64,000 nucleotides of DNA, taken from NCBI GenBank assembly GCA_951406725.2, contig OX597820.1:68324001-68388000 (forward strand), in the 5' to 3' direction. Position numbers and translations under genes: made by a program. The number at the start of each line of letters is the position of its first letter. Position 1 is the first letter of the stretch. Under the pieces are notes generated by a model. The model saw only the letters and a list, made by a program, of their open reading frames with translations. It ran no database searches and was not told the origin of the DNA. The DNA is from Octopus vulgaris (lineage: Eukaryota). Shown here piece after piece: positions 25,850-39,419 of this stretch.

Positions 25850-28266
25850 GCTTATATGTATTTAGAAATCTAATTTCCCACAGGGAAATCTTGTTTTCAT
25901 CAAATAGAAATGATTTTTGAAATTTTTCCTTATTTTAGTTGCCATTTCTTACACATAAACCAATTACATGCACAGAAAAACTGTCTATGACAATTAGAAC
26001 CAAAGTGAAGTTATAAAGCCCACTATTTTATGTCAAGAGCAAGATAAGAAAAGGGCATTTTTCTGAATGGATGTTACCCAATAGATAATATCTACGTGTT
26101 TTCCCACACTGTGTGCTTAAGGCATCAGATCTCACCAAACCATTAACAGTTAACGCCCTACTAGATAGAAGAACGCACACAGGGGAGGTAATAATTGAGA
26201 AGAGGTTCCCAAGCGAAACACCTGCTAAGTTCTAGAGTATTGTCTCTGGAGAACTAAGTATACTTTGATGTCTTCTTCACTTATAAGTATCCACCTTCTC
26301 TTAGAACTCTTGTGCGTTTCTCGCATTTGTTCTCTCTTCAAATATCATACATATTTTCTTTCTTATTCTAAACAACTTCAGAATATTTTCTTCTGGAATG
26401 CTTACTATCAAACATTGTTTTTTTTCTTCGTAGGTTGTAGAGCATAAATACATAATCCAATATGTTGATAGTCCAATTTGCCATTATTTCCTTATCTCTC
26501 AAGTTCTACTTATTGCTGGCTTCATAAGCTGGTATGAGAATATGTAGGTCATCTGTTTTATGATAGTAATGCAGTGAAATACGTTTAAGCGATTGGATAT
26601 ATCTTGAGCATCGTTACTAGGAAACGCGAAGAATCTACCTAAATACTAAAGCTGTCAGGAAATTAACGCCAGTAGAAAACGTAAAGAAAATGAAGTTAAT
26701 ATTGCTCGGATATAAAATATTTACACAGTGAAGTAATCTATATTCATATCTGCCATGGTTTCCCACCTTAAAATCAGCTTTGGACAAATAAATTTCTGGT
26801 GAAAGAAATAAATTGATAATGATATACTTTCTGAAATACTGTACACTGGCACTTCCTATCCAGCTTGATGGTGAAAAGTATATTCAATGACCTGAAACAT
26901 TTCGCAAAGGAAATTAAGATGGTATTTCTCCCCGTCTAATTAAATAATCATATCATGAAACGATAAACATGCTAAACTTGGGTGAGAAAATGTAATCAAG
27001 GAAACCATATTGTATTTATGGTTACACAAGTGATTAGAATGCCTAAAAAAAACTTATAAGAGGTTTCTCTCATTTAACGAACTGACAGGTTTGTATAGAG
27101 ACGGCTAACAGAAAAGATTAATGGGGTAATAAAGAGTTATCGGTTATGTTATAAGTCTTATAGTAGATTGAAGTGTTGCCAAGAGTCGTGATCGTAGGGG
27201 GTCAGTCTAAGAACAAAGTGTTCATGACCTTAGTACGTGATCAATAATTATTCGTTAGGTCGATCTGAGCTGAAATAGTTGGGGTAAGAAGATATAGTAT
27301 GTCACTGCAAAAAGGAAAGAATACGATTTAATAAAAAGCTTGACAGTCTAAAAATAGAAATATTTTTGAAATCACAATCTCTGTTAAAAACAAACAAACA
27401 AACAACAGCAGCAACAACAACAAATGAAAACAATAAACACAAAAGAAAACGATACTTGGGATCCAGTGTTCAATAGATTTGCAAAACATTAGCTGCTTAT
27501 GGTTAGAATGGCGGACAGGTAAGCTTTTAGGACAGGTCTCCTTTAACAAGTCTCGAAGGCCATGGAAAGGTTCGTAAGCGATTTTTTCCCTCATCTGACT
27601 AAGCAATTAGAATAGATCATTTGAATACCGCTTTGATAGCTGAAGTAAATATATAGTTGTAGAAATTCTACCAGAGTTCATGCAAACGGCTATTGTACGC
27701 TAGGGAGTACTGTGCGCTAAGGAGTATTGACATACTCTAGCCTCAGTGTAAGGCACCCAAATTACAGATCCATGATTTTTGTGTCTTTCAATTCACTATG
27801 TTGGTTATGTTATGTGGTTAACTGTAAATTTTCGTTGCAGTTTAGCCCTGATAGTGTAAATTTATGTTCAAAGGCATTCTAATAACCATGATTATTCAGC
27901 CTTTTTAAGGATAAGTGAGCCTCGAATCACGAGAGGCTGTGACTGAAGGGAGAATTCTCTGTTATATCCGGTTGATTGAGCTGTTAAGTAGAAACTCCGT
28001 CGCTGGATAGGATTATATTAAGCATTTTGTAATAGTGACATACAATCATGTGCACACTGATACTTACATACATACGCACGCACACACACATACACGCACA
28101 TGTACATATTTGTATGGATGGATGGATAGATAGATTATATGCAATAATCCACGAGGTAAATGCATAGATTTTTACTATCGCTACTTCTATTAATTAAACA
28201 GTTGTAAGAGTTTGTCTGGTTTATACAACCTTACAGCGAACCATAAAAGAAATCTTGACTAAACTA

Positions 28267-28832
28267 TTGGGTTGTTCGGAAAGTTCCTGCCGATTTATAG
28301 CAGCTTACCTTTCGACTTATTTTAGAACGTGGTTGAGTCCATGAAATAGGATTTGGCTACACCTCCATTTAGAGCACAGTTTAAGCTATCTTTTCGTGGA
28401 AGCAGGTTTATGTTCCTATAAGCTATGTTAATTCTGTAACCCTTTAAAATGGAAGATAAGAAAGTTCATTTTCGGCACTTGATGATTTGGGAACAAGACA
28501 AAAATTGCTGCAGCTCAGCTGGGATGTGTTACCCCGCCCTCCATATTCACCAAATTTTGCTCCTTCGGATTTCCACTTATTCAGGTCTCTGCGGAATAGT
28601 CTTAATCGTAAAAATTTCAATTCCTTGGATGACGTAAAAAGATACCTTGCTGAATTCTTTGCCATGAAACCACCTAAATTCTGGGAAGAGGGTATTATCA
28701 AGTTAAAGGAAAGATGGAGACGCATTGTGCAACAAAATGGTTCATATTTGGTTGATTAAAAATGTAAGGGCAAGTATTTATTGACCTTTTTCTGTCCTTT
28801 AAAAATCAGCACGAACTTTCAGGACAACCCAA
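28267..28832 (+). mobile_element. Internally deleted non-autonomous mariner (566 bp)
   Basis: TA-ttgggttgttcggaaagttc...gaactttcaggacaacccaa-TA. N-terminal MEDKKVHFRHLMIWE is joined directly to C-terminal WDVLPRPPYSPNFAPSDFHLFRSL...NGSYLVD. Confidence 0.93.
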
Positions 28833-29791
28833 TATATTTCGTCAAGAAATGCTGACTCTACACTTAACTGATTACTGTGAAATTGTATTTAAAACTACAA
28901 TTATTAGGCGTATAACTAAATCAAAAAACCTGCAGACATATACAATAGTTTAATGTGTCTAATTAACCACATTAATCTATAAGTGCAATGCCAGCTAAAA
29001 TCTATAGATTTACTTCATAGTAAAGCTTAATATGCACTATTGGCATGTCAGTCATTTTTCTTTCTACACACACACACATTTTTATTTAATCATCAGAAAT
29101 TACAGAGTAACTCAAGGGCTCAGAGTTATTGTACATTGGCGCTTATCGAACTGGTTTCCAATGTAATAATTCAATAATTTGAAACCGTTTTGAAAAGTGC
29201 TAATACCAGAAATTCTCTGCCCTTGTGTCACTCACCATGCTATGGTAAATCACATAGCATAGTGATTTATTCAGAATGGATCACCAGGGAACACTTTTTT
29301 CGCATAAAATTATAGAGAACTAATATCATTAGTTCTTTGCAATTTTATGTAAAAGTGTGTTTCCCGATGATCAATTGTGGTTAAGCATCCAATTGTACTT
29401 AGAAAATCCAATGAGAATTTCAAACAACCACAACGGTGAAACGTACGTAGGAACAAATGATATAAGCTTATGTTTATTTTAATTTCTCCTATATTTGTTT
29501 TGTATTTCATAACTAGTAAAATACTAAGTATAATAGTTACTTAACCACTGTACTGGAAGCAGACTGGAATACGATAATCTACGCGGAGCTCCAAGTATAG
29601 CAGTAGCAACCATACATCCATTTGTAAACACAAAATGAGATACGTGTATGTGTGTGTGTGTATGTGTGTGCGTGTGTGTGTTTCTACTTGTGTGTATGTG
29701 TGTGTGAGTGTATGTATGTATATGCTTAATTACTCGATTCTGAAATTATAAAATCAACATCTATTATTTAGGATGGTAGATGCTGTGTTGT

Positions 29792-29850
<59 letters not shown>

Positions 29851-30469
29851 TATTTATTTATTTATTTTCATTTTGTTTGACTTCATCCAATTTGTCAATT
29901 TTCTGTTCTTTTTTTCTTTGCCAACAAGTTTAAGAAAATAAAATGAATTAACAACACCTGGGAGAAAGGTCGTTCAATTTTGTAAGGTGGGGGCACACAG
30001 CGCTGTTTTAAGACGCCTAATGGAGAGGAAAAAAAACCTCAACTGAACCGTGTTTGTTAAATCATTAGACAATGTGTAGCACCTACCGAGCAGCACCCTC
30101 CCACAGCATTTCAATCCGTTATTCATCCTTTGTTAACGAGCAATGTCCGGTTCAGCTAGGTGGAAAATCTGTACTGCTTGGTCACCGTTCGTACCAGCAA
30201 AAATGAAGCCTGCAGTTTTGTGGTCGTGTTTTAATAACACAACCCACCCCCATACTTTTTACCCCATTCTTTCAGCAAAACTGTGAGGCTTAATAATTAT
30301 GTTAAATTGATGAAAAAAAACAACAAAAAAACAAATTATTTTCAAACCCACCACCTCTTGTCACCTCACTCACCCCGTCCTAGTCCCTCACACCCTGAAA
30401 ATCTACCCCGCTCCTCATAACCCCCCAAGTATTGTAAATATCCCTTTAGGACAGTTCCCTACAACAATT

Positions 30470-30542
30470 ATTACCACCACCACAACCGCCGCCGCCGCTG
30501 CTGCTGCTACTACTACCACTACTAATATTACTGCTGCTACTG

Positions 30543-30602
<60 letters not shown>

Positions 30603-30693
30603 GCAAAGAATAGTAATAACAATAACAGAAACAACGATGAAAATAACGATAACGTTCAATAATAATAATGATGATGATAACAACAACAACAAC

Positions 30694-30726
<33 letters not shown>
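30470..30726. repeat. Compound trinucleotide tract (CAC/GCC/CTG/CTA/AAC/AAT)
   Basis: Direct reading. Confidence 0.85.
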
Positions 30727-30758
30727 TGTAAGAAAGAAATTAAAAGAAACATAATCTA

Positions 30759-31165
30759 GGCGCAGGAGTGGCTGCGTGGTAAGTACCTTGCTTACGAACT
30801 ACATGGTTCTGGGTTCAGTCCCATTGCGTGGCACCTTGGTCAAGTGTCTTCTACAAAAGCCTCGGGCCGACCAAAGCCTTGTGAGTGGATTTGGTAGACG
30901 GAAACTGAAAGAAGCCCGCCGTATATGTATATATATATGTGTGTGTGTGTGTATGTATATGTTTGTGTCTGTGTTTGTCCCTCCAACATCGCTTGACAAT
31001 CGATGCTAGTGTGTTTACGTCCCCGTAACTTAGCGGTTCGGCAAAATAGACCGATAGAATAAGTGCTAGGCTTACAAAGAATAAGTCCTGGGGTCGATTT
31101 GCTCGACTAAAGGCGATGCTCCAGTATGGCCATAGTCAAACGACTGAAACAAGTAAAAGAGTAAC
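30759..31165 (+). mobile_element. SINE family A, near full length
   Basis: ggcgcaggagtggctgcgtggtaag...ctgaaacaagtaaaagagtaa. Confidence 0.92.
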
Positions 31166-31315
31166 AGAATAGAAAGTGAAGGAAACAAAAAACAAAAACC
31201 CTGAAGAAGATAGAAAGTGAATAATAGCCACGCTGTATATCTCACACTAGCGTTACTTATTAAAAGAAGGTGTATAACAGATACACATACATACTCACAA
31301 AACAGAGACATATTC

Positions 31316-31880
31316 TTTTCTCCTCTAGGCACAAGGTCAGAAATATCTTGGGAGGGGTCCAGTTGAATAGATCGACCCAGTAGGCAACTGGAACTTATTT
31401 AATCGATCCTGAGAGGATGTAAGGCAAAGTCGACCTCAGCGGAATTTGAACTCGGAATGTAACGGCAGATGAAATAGCTATTTCTTTACTACCCACAAGA
31501 GGCCAAACACAGAGAGGACAAACAAAGACAGACAAACGGATTAAGTCGATTATATCGACCCCAGTGCGTAACTGGTACTTATTTATCGACCCCGAAAAGA
31601 TGAAAGGCAAAGTCGACATCGGCAGAATTTGAACTCAGAACATAAAGACAGACGAAATACCTATTTCTTTACTACCCACAAGGAGGTAAACACAGAGAGG
31701 ACAAACAAGGACAGACAAACGGATTAAGTCGATTATATCGACTCCAGTGCGTAACTGGTACTTATTTAATCGACCCCGAAAGGATGAAAGGCAAAGTCGA
31801 CCTCGGCGGAATTTGAAACCAGAACGTAACCGCTAAGCAGTTCGCCCGGTGTGCTAACGTTTTTGCCAGCTCGCTGCATT
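31316..31880 (-). mobile_element. Trimeric SINE family B with target-site duplication
   Basis: Three core repeats; 11-bp TSD gagacatattc at 31305-31315 and 31886-31896. Confidence 0.88.
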
Positions 31881-32339
31881 AAAGGGAGACATATTCATTA
31901 ATACAAACATATGTAATGTCACCTTAAGACCATAGAAATAAAAATAATATGGATACATTCAAGCATGCATATACAAGGACATTTTAAGATCATAAGCAAA
32001 TACACGCAGGTATACAATAAAACGCATTGACGTACAGACGTACGCATTCACACATTAACAGACTCATGACAGACGTACATTCATTAACATATTCACACCC
32101 ACACATACGCACACCCACACATATGCACACACATTTACGTATGTTCACTCAAGGTCCTTATCAGTTACCCGAATAATCAAATGAAAGCATATGATATACT
32201 TAATGTATTAATACAAGAAAGGCATAAAAACATACATTCATACTTGCAATATTATTGTGTTACAAAATAATCTTTTAAAATCATTTTTTGAGGACCTCCT
32301 GATTAAATAAAATAAAAAAAAGTGGTAAAGTTACCTTCG

Positions 32340-32566
32340 CGATTTGTACCGACTCACAAAGGCCGATTTCCCTGTTTCCATGGCTTATAAATTTCCCTAC
32401 TGGACGGGACACCGGATTATCCGCTTTTTGCAAGGTGGGTCGACTAGAGCAACATGAAATGAAGTGTTTTGCTTAAGAACACACTGCTCCACCCAGTGCA
32501 GGAATCGAAACAACCATCTTACAATCACGAGACCCAAAGCCTTAACCACTAAACCACGCACTTCCA
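32340..32566 (-). mobile_element. SINE family C/D (diverged)
   Basis: gagcaacatgaaatgaagtgttttgcttaagaacac...caggaatcgaaac...taaccactaaaccacgcacttcc. Confidence 0.7.
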
Positions 32567-33021
32567 CCAGAATTGGTAGATGGAAGAAAGGATATCATTT
32601 TCACACCGTAAACATGCAATAGAAAAGCCCAGATGCTTGAATGAGAGTGAACTATACTAAGCTTATCAATTCAATGAAGTGGTACTGTTAAATAAGGCGA
32701 TATTTTACGTTAATTGCAAAAGATGAGGAGCGGTTCCTAAGGCGAGCTTCCACACATTATCTACCCAACAGATTTCATTAAGTCTTTGTTTACTTGAGGC
32801 CATGCTAGAAGACACTTGCTTAACGTGTTTCTCAGGGGCTGCAAATCCAAAGCCACGTAGTTACGAAACAAATTTCGTATTAACACAAATATATTTATAT
32901 CTATTCGAAGTTAAAATGTTATGAGCTTAAAATATAAGGAACCAATGATAGGATTACATAGAAGAAAATTGTCGAAATTCGGCTGTTTTTGAGAATATTT
33001 ACCTTATCATATTAGTCTATG

Positions 33022-33262
33022 TGGAAATATGTGGCTTTGTGGTTAGGTCGTTGTACTCATGCTTGTAAGATTGTAGTTTCGATTCCTGGACCGGGCTATG
33101 CGTTGCGTTCTTGAGCAAAACACTTAATTACACATTGCTGCAGTTAACTCAGCATTCAGCTAGTAAAAATGAATAATCCCTTTTTGGATGGGGAGGTATA
33201 TACGCCACAGAATCCGGGAAACCAGCCTAGTGTGTCTATAGTTCAGAAAGGAACCTTTATCC
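33022..33262 (+). mobile_element. SINE family C/D (diverged)
   Basis: gtggttagg...gtttcgattcctggaccggg...gttcttgagcaaaacactt; homologous to 63734-63964. Confidence 0.75.
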
Positions 33263-33414
33263 TATTTTAGTACTTTACATCGTTATACAAATCTGCGTCC
33301 TATCGATCTACTAGCAGAAATTTCGATGGTTGATGTTCTCTATTTCTTCACTCTCCACTTCCAAGACATCTCTTTCAGATCCAGTTCACTTTGATCTAAA
33401 TAAAATACCGTTTG

Positions 33415-33800
33415 GTAACTTACATATTTAAGCCCTTCACCCTGCAAGAAACATAAGCCATCAATGACTTTTCCCATCATTCCCGACGTTGGGAAGTTTT
33501 TTTTTATTGCTCTCTCTAGGTTGATCTCTATTTTTAGAGCTCTGCCCCAATATCCTTTCAGATTTTGCTCCACTGCGTCATATGTTTCCCGGAGGGAAGG
33601 CCCTACTCACTCAGGTTTTATTGGTCTTGAATTATCTTCGATGTCCCTGTAACTTTGCTTTCTATTAGGTAGGGGTGTTATCCCTACGCAGACCCTTCTA
33701 TCCTTTGACTTGTCCAAAACGAGAGGCCCTTCCAGGAGGTTGCACTCCACTGGTATAGCTCTCGAGGAAGTTAAGGTACACGAATTCCACACCACCACAA
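33415..33800 (-). mobile_element. Bipartite RTE-derived short element (5' UTR joined to 3' end)
   Basis: Minus strand starts tggtgtgg...gagctataccagtggagtgcaacctcctggaagggcctc and ends in the frame VIDGLCFLQGEGLKYV. Homologous to 51342-51712. Confidence 0.5.
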
Positions 33801-34257
33801 AACCTGAATCTATTGTTCAATGGATCATACAAAATATTTAGTTAGCCTGCAGTGAGATCTAATAAACCTGTGTCAGGCTACTAAAGATTACTGAATCAAG
33901 TAAACATTGACTGACTAGACCTTTGATAAAGGCGTTTCAGTCATGAGCACATCAGTTACTAAAGTGGATCAATAGAGATGGCCTGTGGTCAAAAGATGTA
34001 AGTGATTCCTACAATTAGTGTTTGAAGAGTAATATATCATTAGGTATCTACTTACGCAACAATAATTAATTTAATCTCACTTATGTGGGTTAAAATTATA
34101 CTAGGGTTCATTTTAATTTTCATACCGAGTGTCAATATATTATAGTTAATAGACGTAAAAAGAAGTCGCTTTCTTTGCGTATACAAATATGTGACCTTGA
34201 AATAAAGGAATAACTATAGTGCATGATAATAAAGGAATAACTATAGTGCATGATAAT

Positions 34258-34375
34258 GCATAAACCCTGAAATTGGGAGTGGGGCAGTCGATTAGATCGA
34301 CCCCAGAACGCAACTGGTACTTAATTTATCGTCCCTGAAAGGATGAAAAGCAAAGTCGACATCGGAGGAATTTGA
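34258..34375 (-). mobile_element. 5'-truncated SINE family B with TSD
   Basis: Core cagtcgattagatcgacccc...aaggatgaaaagcaaagtcgac; tatag(t/c)gcatgataat on both sides. The left flank also has a 27-bp tandem duplication (34201-34254). Confidence 0.8.
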
Positions 34376-35341
34376 TATAGCGCATGATAATAAGTTGTCC
34401 CCCCAACCCATACAGGACAGACCTATCTTAATTTCTAAAGTGTCCACTACAGTACTATTAACCTTTCCTATTTTCTAATTGTTGCCATTAGTGTGTCGAC
34501 TATATAATTGCTGTGACCAATTAGAAGAAGAAAGAATGCAAATTAAACTTAAGTAGAAGTTTAAAAAATAAAATTCGATATCAATCAGTTCTCTCACATT
34601 GAAACCAATAGAAAACTCACCATTAAATTATATTAATACGTAAACGATTTCTTATACACCATGCGACTGGCAAGAACAAATAGCCAAGAGCACATTTGGT
34701 AAAGTCTGCAAAAAATGGTTTCTTGAAATTATTGAAATTCATAAATTTTCATAAGGCTGAAATCTCGTTAAGTTAACTGCTACGTGTGCTAATTACAAAC
34801 TACATCTTAAAAGCTCGGCACGAAAGCAAATGCTAATTTCAGATGATAAAATAGAAATCATATAACGATGTTGGTGCTAATGCTTCAGGGTGGCACTCAT
34901 GCATATTTTTTTAATTATTTCAAACTAGAACTTAGGAAGCTAGTGTAACTAAGGAGGTAAGGGGCTCGAGTTATTGCGGTGCTTTCGCTCTGGCTTGCAA
35001 TTAAGAGCAAGGTATACGTTTCGATCTCATAAAAATTTTAAATATTTGTGAACGTAAAACAAATAGTAAAAAACAAAATATAAACAATGAGCTTCCCCTC
35101 CATGGATCAGTTTAACAGTTTGCTGTGAGGTTAAAATATTTTAAAAGAAATCACACGCATGTAATATTCTCTAATTCTGTGATGAGGTAGAAGTATGTTA
35201 TGGTTTCAAGGTATCGGATTAGTTCAGCAAAATTTTACGCCCAAGATTTAAAGCTATGTTGTAGATTCCATCCATCTGAATTACGGTACACTGCATAACC
35301 ATTAACATGTTTATAATAATAATAATAATGATAATAATAAT

Positions 35342-35397
<56 letters not shown>

Positions 35398-35424
35398 TAA
35401 TAACATTGTTGTTGTCGAGTTTTC

Positions 35425-37051
35425 AAGCGAAAGTCGTCAAGCAGGAGCTCGTAAGTTGGTATCGAATTTTGTTGTTTTGAACAAGGTTGTTTTCATTTTT
35501 ACTGTACCATTTTGTTATTAAACTCAATAGAATCATATGAGCCTACTTGGCTGTGTGAAATCTTTGTTCCTTCGGGGTGAATTTTGAAATTTTAAGACGC
35601 GAATGCACATAGTTAAAAGTATTACAATATGGCTTCTGAAATAGATAAACAATGTGATTTTTTGAAGAGCGATAATGAAAATAGTTTCCCATCACTACCT
35701 GCTACTGTTAACAGAGAATGTATGAATAACACTAGCAGGGAAACCACCAACAAAGACAAATCCCAAAATGAAAAGAATTATTAAAGTAAAACTGCTACCA
35801 TACATTGTTACGAATACTATTACGAATTACGAATTGTTACCATACACTGGTTACGAATACTAGCAACAAGAAGAATAACAATAACAGTGATAAAGACTAA
35901 GAAAATATTTGAAAGAAACACGGACCTCCACCATCGCTACAACCACCAGCATAAACTTTGCTGCTATGAAAATGGAAAGTCAGTAAACACTAAGGCTTGC
36001 AAAGTGAAACAAAACTTGCCCAAGTGCGTGCAGAAAGGTAGAAGTTTTGCTAGAAGTTTCCAATGGAAAACGAAGTAAAACAATAATATATAAATATATT
36101 GGATCGAAAATGAGGTGATTCGATCAAATGAAGAAGGTTCAAATTGTCAAGTACCTTACAGAAATCTGGGGCACAAAGTCTTAGGAGGAAGACGTTTTGG
36201 TACAGTTGAGGGGAGATTTCAAACCGAAGAAACATTCGATACCACTAAAGAGGAGATAACTGCTTCTAATTCCAACATACCTCGGTCAGAGATTGGGTAG
36301 ATATAAGATGGTTGAATACCACCAGAAGAAGATATTCCCTGGCTTGAGCCGGTCGAAACATATAGCATAGAAAATAAAACAAGTATTTTGCAAGTTCACG
36401 GAATGGGAAAGGAAAACTGGCCCGGTACAGCGATGGAGTTATTAATCCAGCCAGTCTAAAACATGGAGTCTGACCCTAAGTTAATCAGCCTTTTACATGG
36501 ACAGTAGCTTTGCATAGAAGTTGAGGGCAGAAGGCTGAGATGTCATATAAGTGGGGACGCGAACCATATAAAAAATTTCTGAGAACTGCAAAAAATTAGT
36601 CGGAAGACCCTACTACGTTACCGATGCCTTCAAAACAATAGTAACATCAGCAACAAGAGTAGCAGCAGCCTCAACAACAGCAGTACCAACTACAACCCAA
36701 AGAGATCCATGCATACCAGTCAACCACTACAAAATGTTACTAATACCAACACAAGAAACATCAATAGTACAAACACCAGCAGTATTAGAAACGAACGAAA
36801 ACACAATTCAATCCACACCAACAACATAATCAGCACTCCAGAACAAACGAACGAAAAGTATCATATACAAATTACAAAGACTAAGTGAAAGATATACATC
36901 AACACACAAACATTATCTGTAATGACCACATGACAATACTACCTAGAAATCCAACTAATATTAAATCATAAAAATAAGGGAAGAAACATATTAAACAGAC
37001 TAAAAATAAAATGTCCCGAATGGGAGATTTCCGAGTTTAATAAAAAAAAAA
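35425..37051 (+). mobile_element. Degraded LINE ORF1-like element ending in poly(A)
   Basis: A-rich broken frames starting MASEIDKQ (35629), GRRFGTVEGRF, and VEGRRLRCHISGDANHIK (decayed zinc-knuckle-like); Thr/Pro-rich tail; aataaaaaaaaaaa at ~37039-37051. Confidence 0.4.
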
Positions 37052-37839
37052 TTATAAAGAGCTGCTTATAGAATCATCTTCCAATAACCGAAAGAACAGG
37101 ACATATGTTCCTCCACCGAAATCAGGTAAATAGTCATTCTCATTTGACAAACATGTCAGCACATAGGAACGTAAATGCATGTGGCCAGGTGTCACTTTGG
37201 AAGCAGAGTTATCTGTCCAACGACTCATGTCACTAAATATTGCTGTAGTGCCCATCATTGAAACGAGAGTTTCCGATCCATTAGACTTCATTCTCATTTT
37301 TATTGGATACGAGGATCCAAGATGATCTCGTTTGAAAGACAGCAGCTGTTGAGTTGCTTCGGAAGGGTCTGAATCCACGAAACAGACAATCTTCAGGAAA
37401 TCAGAAGGCTCTAAGAAAGTAAGTCGGTGTTCCAGGCTGGGAGGAGTAGCGAAGGTAGGTGTTATCAGCCTAGTACTTACTTATCCTCTGACAGGAGCGG
37501 GACAGCTGAATTTCTTCAGGAATTTGAAGGTTTTACAAGCAGCATCCCACTTTAAGGTGCTAGAGAGCGGCTGAATAACCACCTTGTATGCGCGCTTGTG
37601 TTGTGTGGAGATAGCTAAGAGGACGAAGGTACAAGGGCGTCGTAATACTGCTCAGATCTTTCCAACTATCTGACAGGTACCTATATTTCCCAGATGTGTC
37701 GATATCAACATGGAGAAACTGCATCGCATCACACAGTTCGTATCTACATAGAGCATTTTGTAGGCTACTTGATAAGAATAGCATAGACAGTCCACAGGCA
37801 GCCTCGACATTTATTATCCAAAAGACATCTTCAACCCAT
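37052..37839 (-). pseudogene. Degraded non-repetitive coding sequence; candidate endogenous negative-strand RNA virus L-gene fragment
   Basis: Two overlapping long frames (37839-37560 and ~37650-37052 with one TAA at 37481-37483), more GC-rich than the flanks, no microsatellite. Contains RYLSDSWKDLSSITTP and RLITPTFATPPSLEHRL, resembling PRNTase motifs A and D as recalled. Confidence 0.4.
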
Positions 37840-37971
37840 TATTTATATGCTATTGTTTAGCGCTCTATGTGTGTGCTTCGAGATATTTAAAAAAAGAATT
37901 AGTTCGCGTTCTCTCAAAACTTTATAAAATTATTACGACGCCAACAATACATACATGCATACATACATACA

Positions 37972-38007
<36 letters not shown>

Positions 38008-38794
38008 TATATATATGTGTGTGTCTGTGTGTGTACGTTAGTGTATTTGTTTACATTTATAAAATGAACATACGTACACGCACGGCTCTCGTAAACATAA
38101 AAATTTAAATCTACTAAAGATATGTGTGTACTTATGCTGGTTACACGCACACATACACATACATACATATATATTTGTGGATAGCTATATAGAATATTTT
38201 GTATCGCTACTAAATATTATCCCAGTGGAAATGTTGCTTGTGTAATAATATTGTATTCCACATATGTGTGTGCCTGATGTGAGTGTGTGCGCGTGTGTAT
38301 GTGTGTATGTGTATAAGTGAGTTATGTGTATGTAAGTGAGTGTATACGTGTGTGTGTAAGAGAGTGTATGTAAGTGAGTCTCTGCTTATATATGTGTTTG
38401 AATTTATGTATACATGTTTCTTTTTTCTCTGGCATCTGATGAATTTCTTTCGTTTATGTGTTAGTAATAAACGCGTATCATATTTGTTGCTTGGTTTGAC
38501 AAACGAATGCATATAGTTATTAGTTGCTACGACTTTGTTTTCTTGATTTCCCGTGACAATGCTACTGTGAGGATGAGATAAATGAGAAGCACAATAACGA
38601 AACAGATAACGTCTAACGCAACTGGCTACTGGAATATCTTCATTATATATTAATAAGCTCGAAGAACATTAAACATAATAATAACCACGGCGACGGCAAC
38701 AACAGCAGCAACAACAATAACAACAACAATAAACACCAATAACGATAAGAATAACAATAATAATCGTAATAATAATAAAAGTAGTAGTGGCTTC

Positions 38795-39235
38795 AAAAGG
38801 ACGAAAAAGTGGTATGGAAACGAACCAGAGGCTGTGAAAGAAAATGTGAATTACAAGATCTTGTGGGACTTCCCCATAAACACTGACCCATACTGTTGAA
38901 GCAAGAACACCAGATATGACAAAGAAACAGTATAAGATCATAGATTTTGGAATGTCCTATGATAAGCAGAGTCGAAAGACAAATTGAAAAAAAAAATCAG
39001 AAATATCAGGAACTGGCTGAAGAAACTGTTGAAGACCAAGATAACAGAGTTTTTTTCTGTAATAATTGGTGCACATGGTACAACAGCTAAAATGCTATCT
39101 AAAATAATGAAAGAAACTGGAATTGAGAAACTCTCATTGTCGACCTTCAGAAAAGTACCCTGCTGTGTTCTGTAAGAACCCTAAGAAAGATTCTTGAGAT
39201 TTAAGGAGAGTCGTTGTCATCAAACCTCAAGATAA
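38795..39235 (+). mobile_element. R4/Dong-like retrotransposon 3' fragment
   Basis: KWY...ENVNYKILWDFPINTDHTVEARTPD...IIDFGMSYD...VIIGAHG; adjacent to AAT/AAC tracts. Confidence 0.75.
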
Positions 39236-39304
39236 TATATCTGCTAATTAAATTAGTATGCACTAACGAGAGCAGACGAAATATCGCTAAGCATTTCTAC
39301 CGGC

Positions 39305-39361
<57 letters not shown>

Positions 39362-39419
39362 GTAATAGTAATAATAATAATAATTTTCATTTCTTAAGAA
39401 ATGAACAACAAAACAAAAA

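Noticed and set aside
26050-26680. Possible very old LINE endonuclease remnant on the minus strand
   Set aside because: Only faint similarity; no continuous frame or clear motif.
29940-30420. Repeat-free, moderately GC-rich promoter-like stretch
   Set aside because: No downstream gene or definable core promoter is visible.
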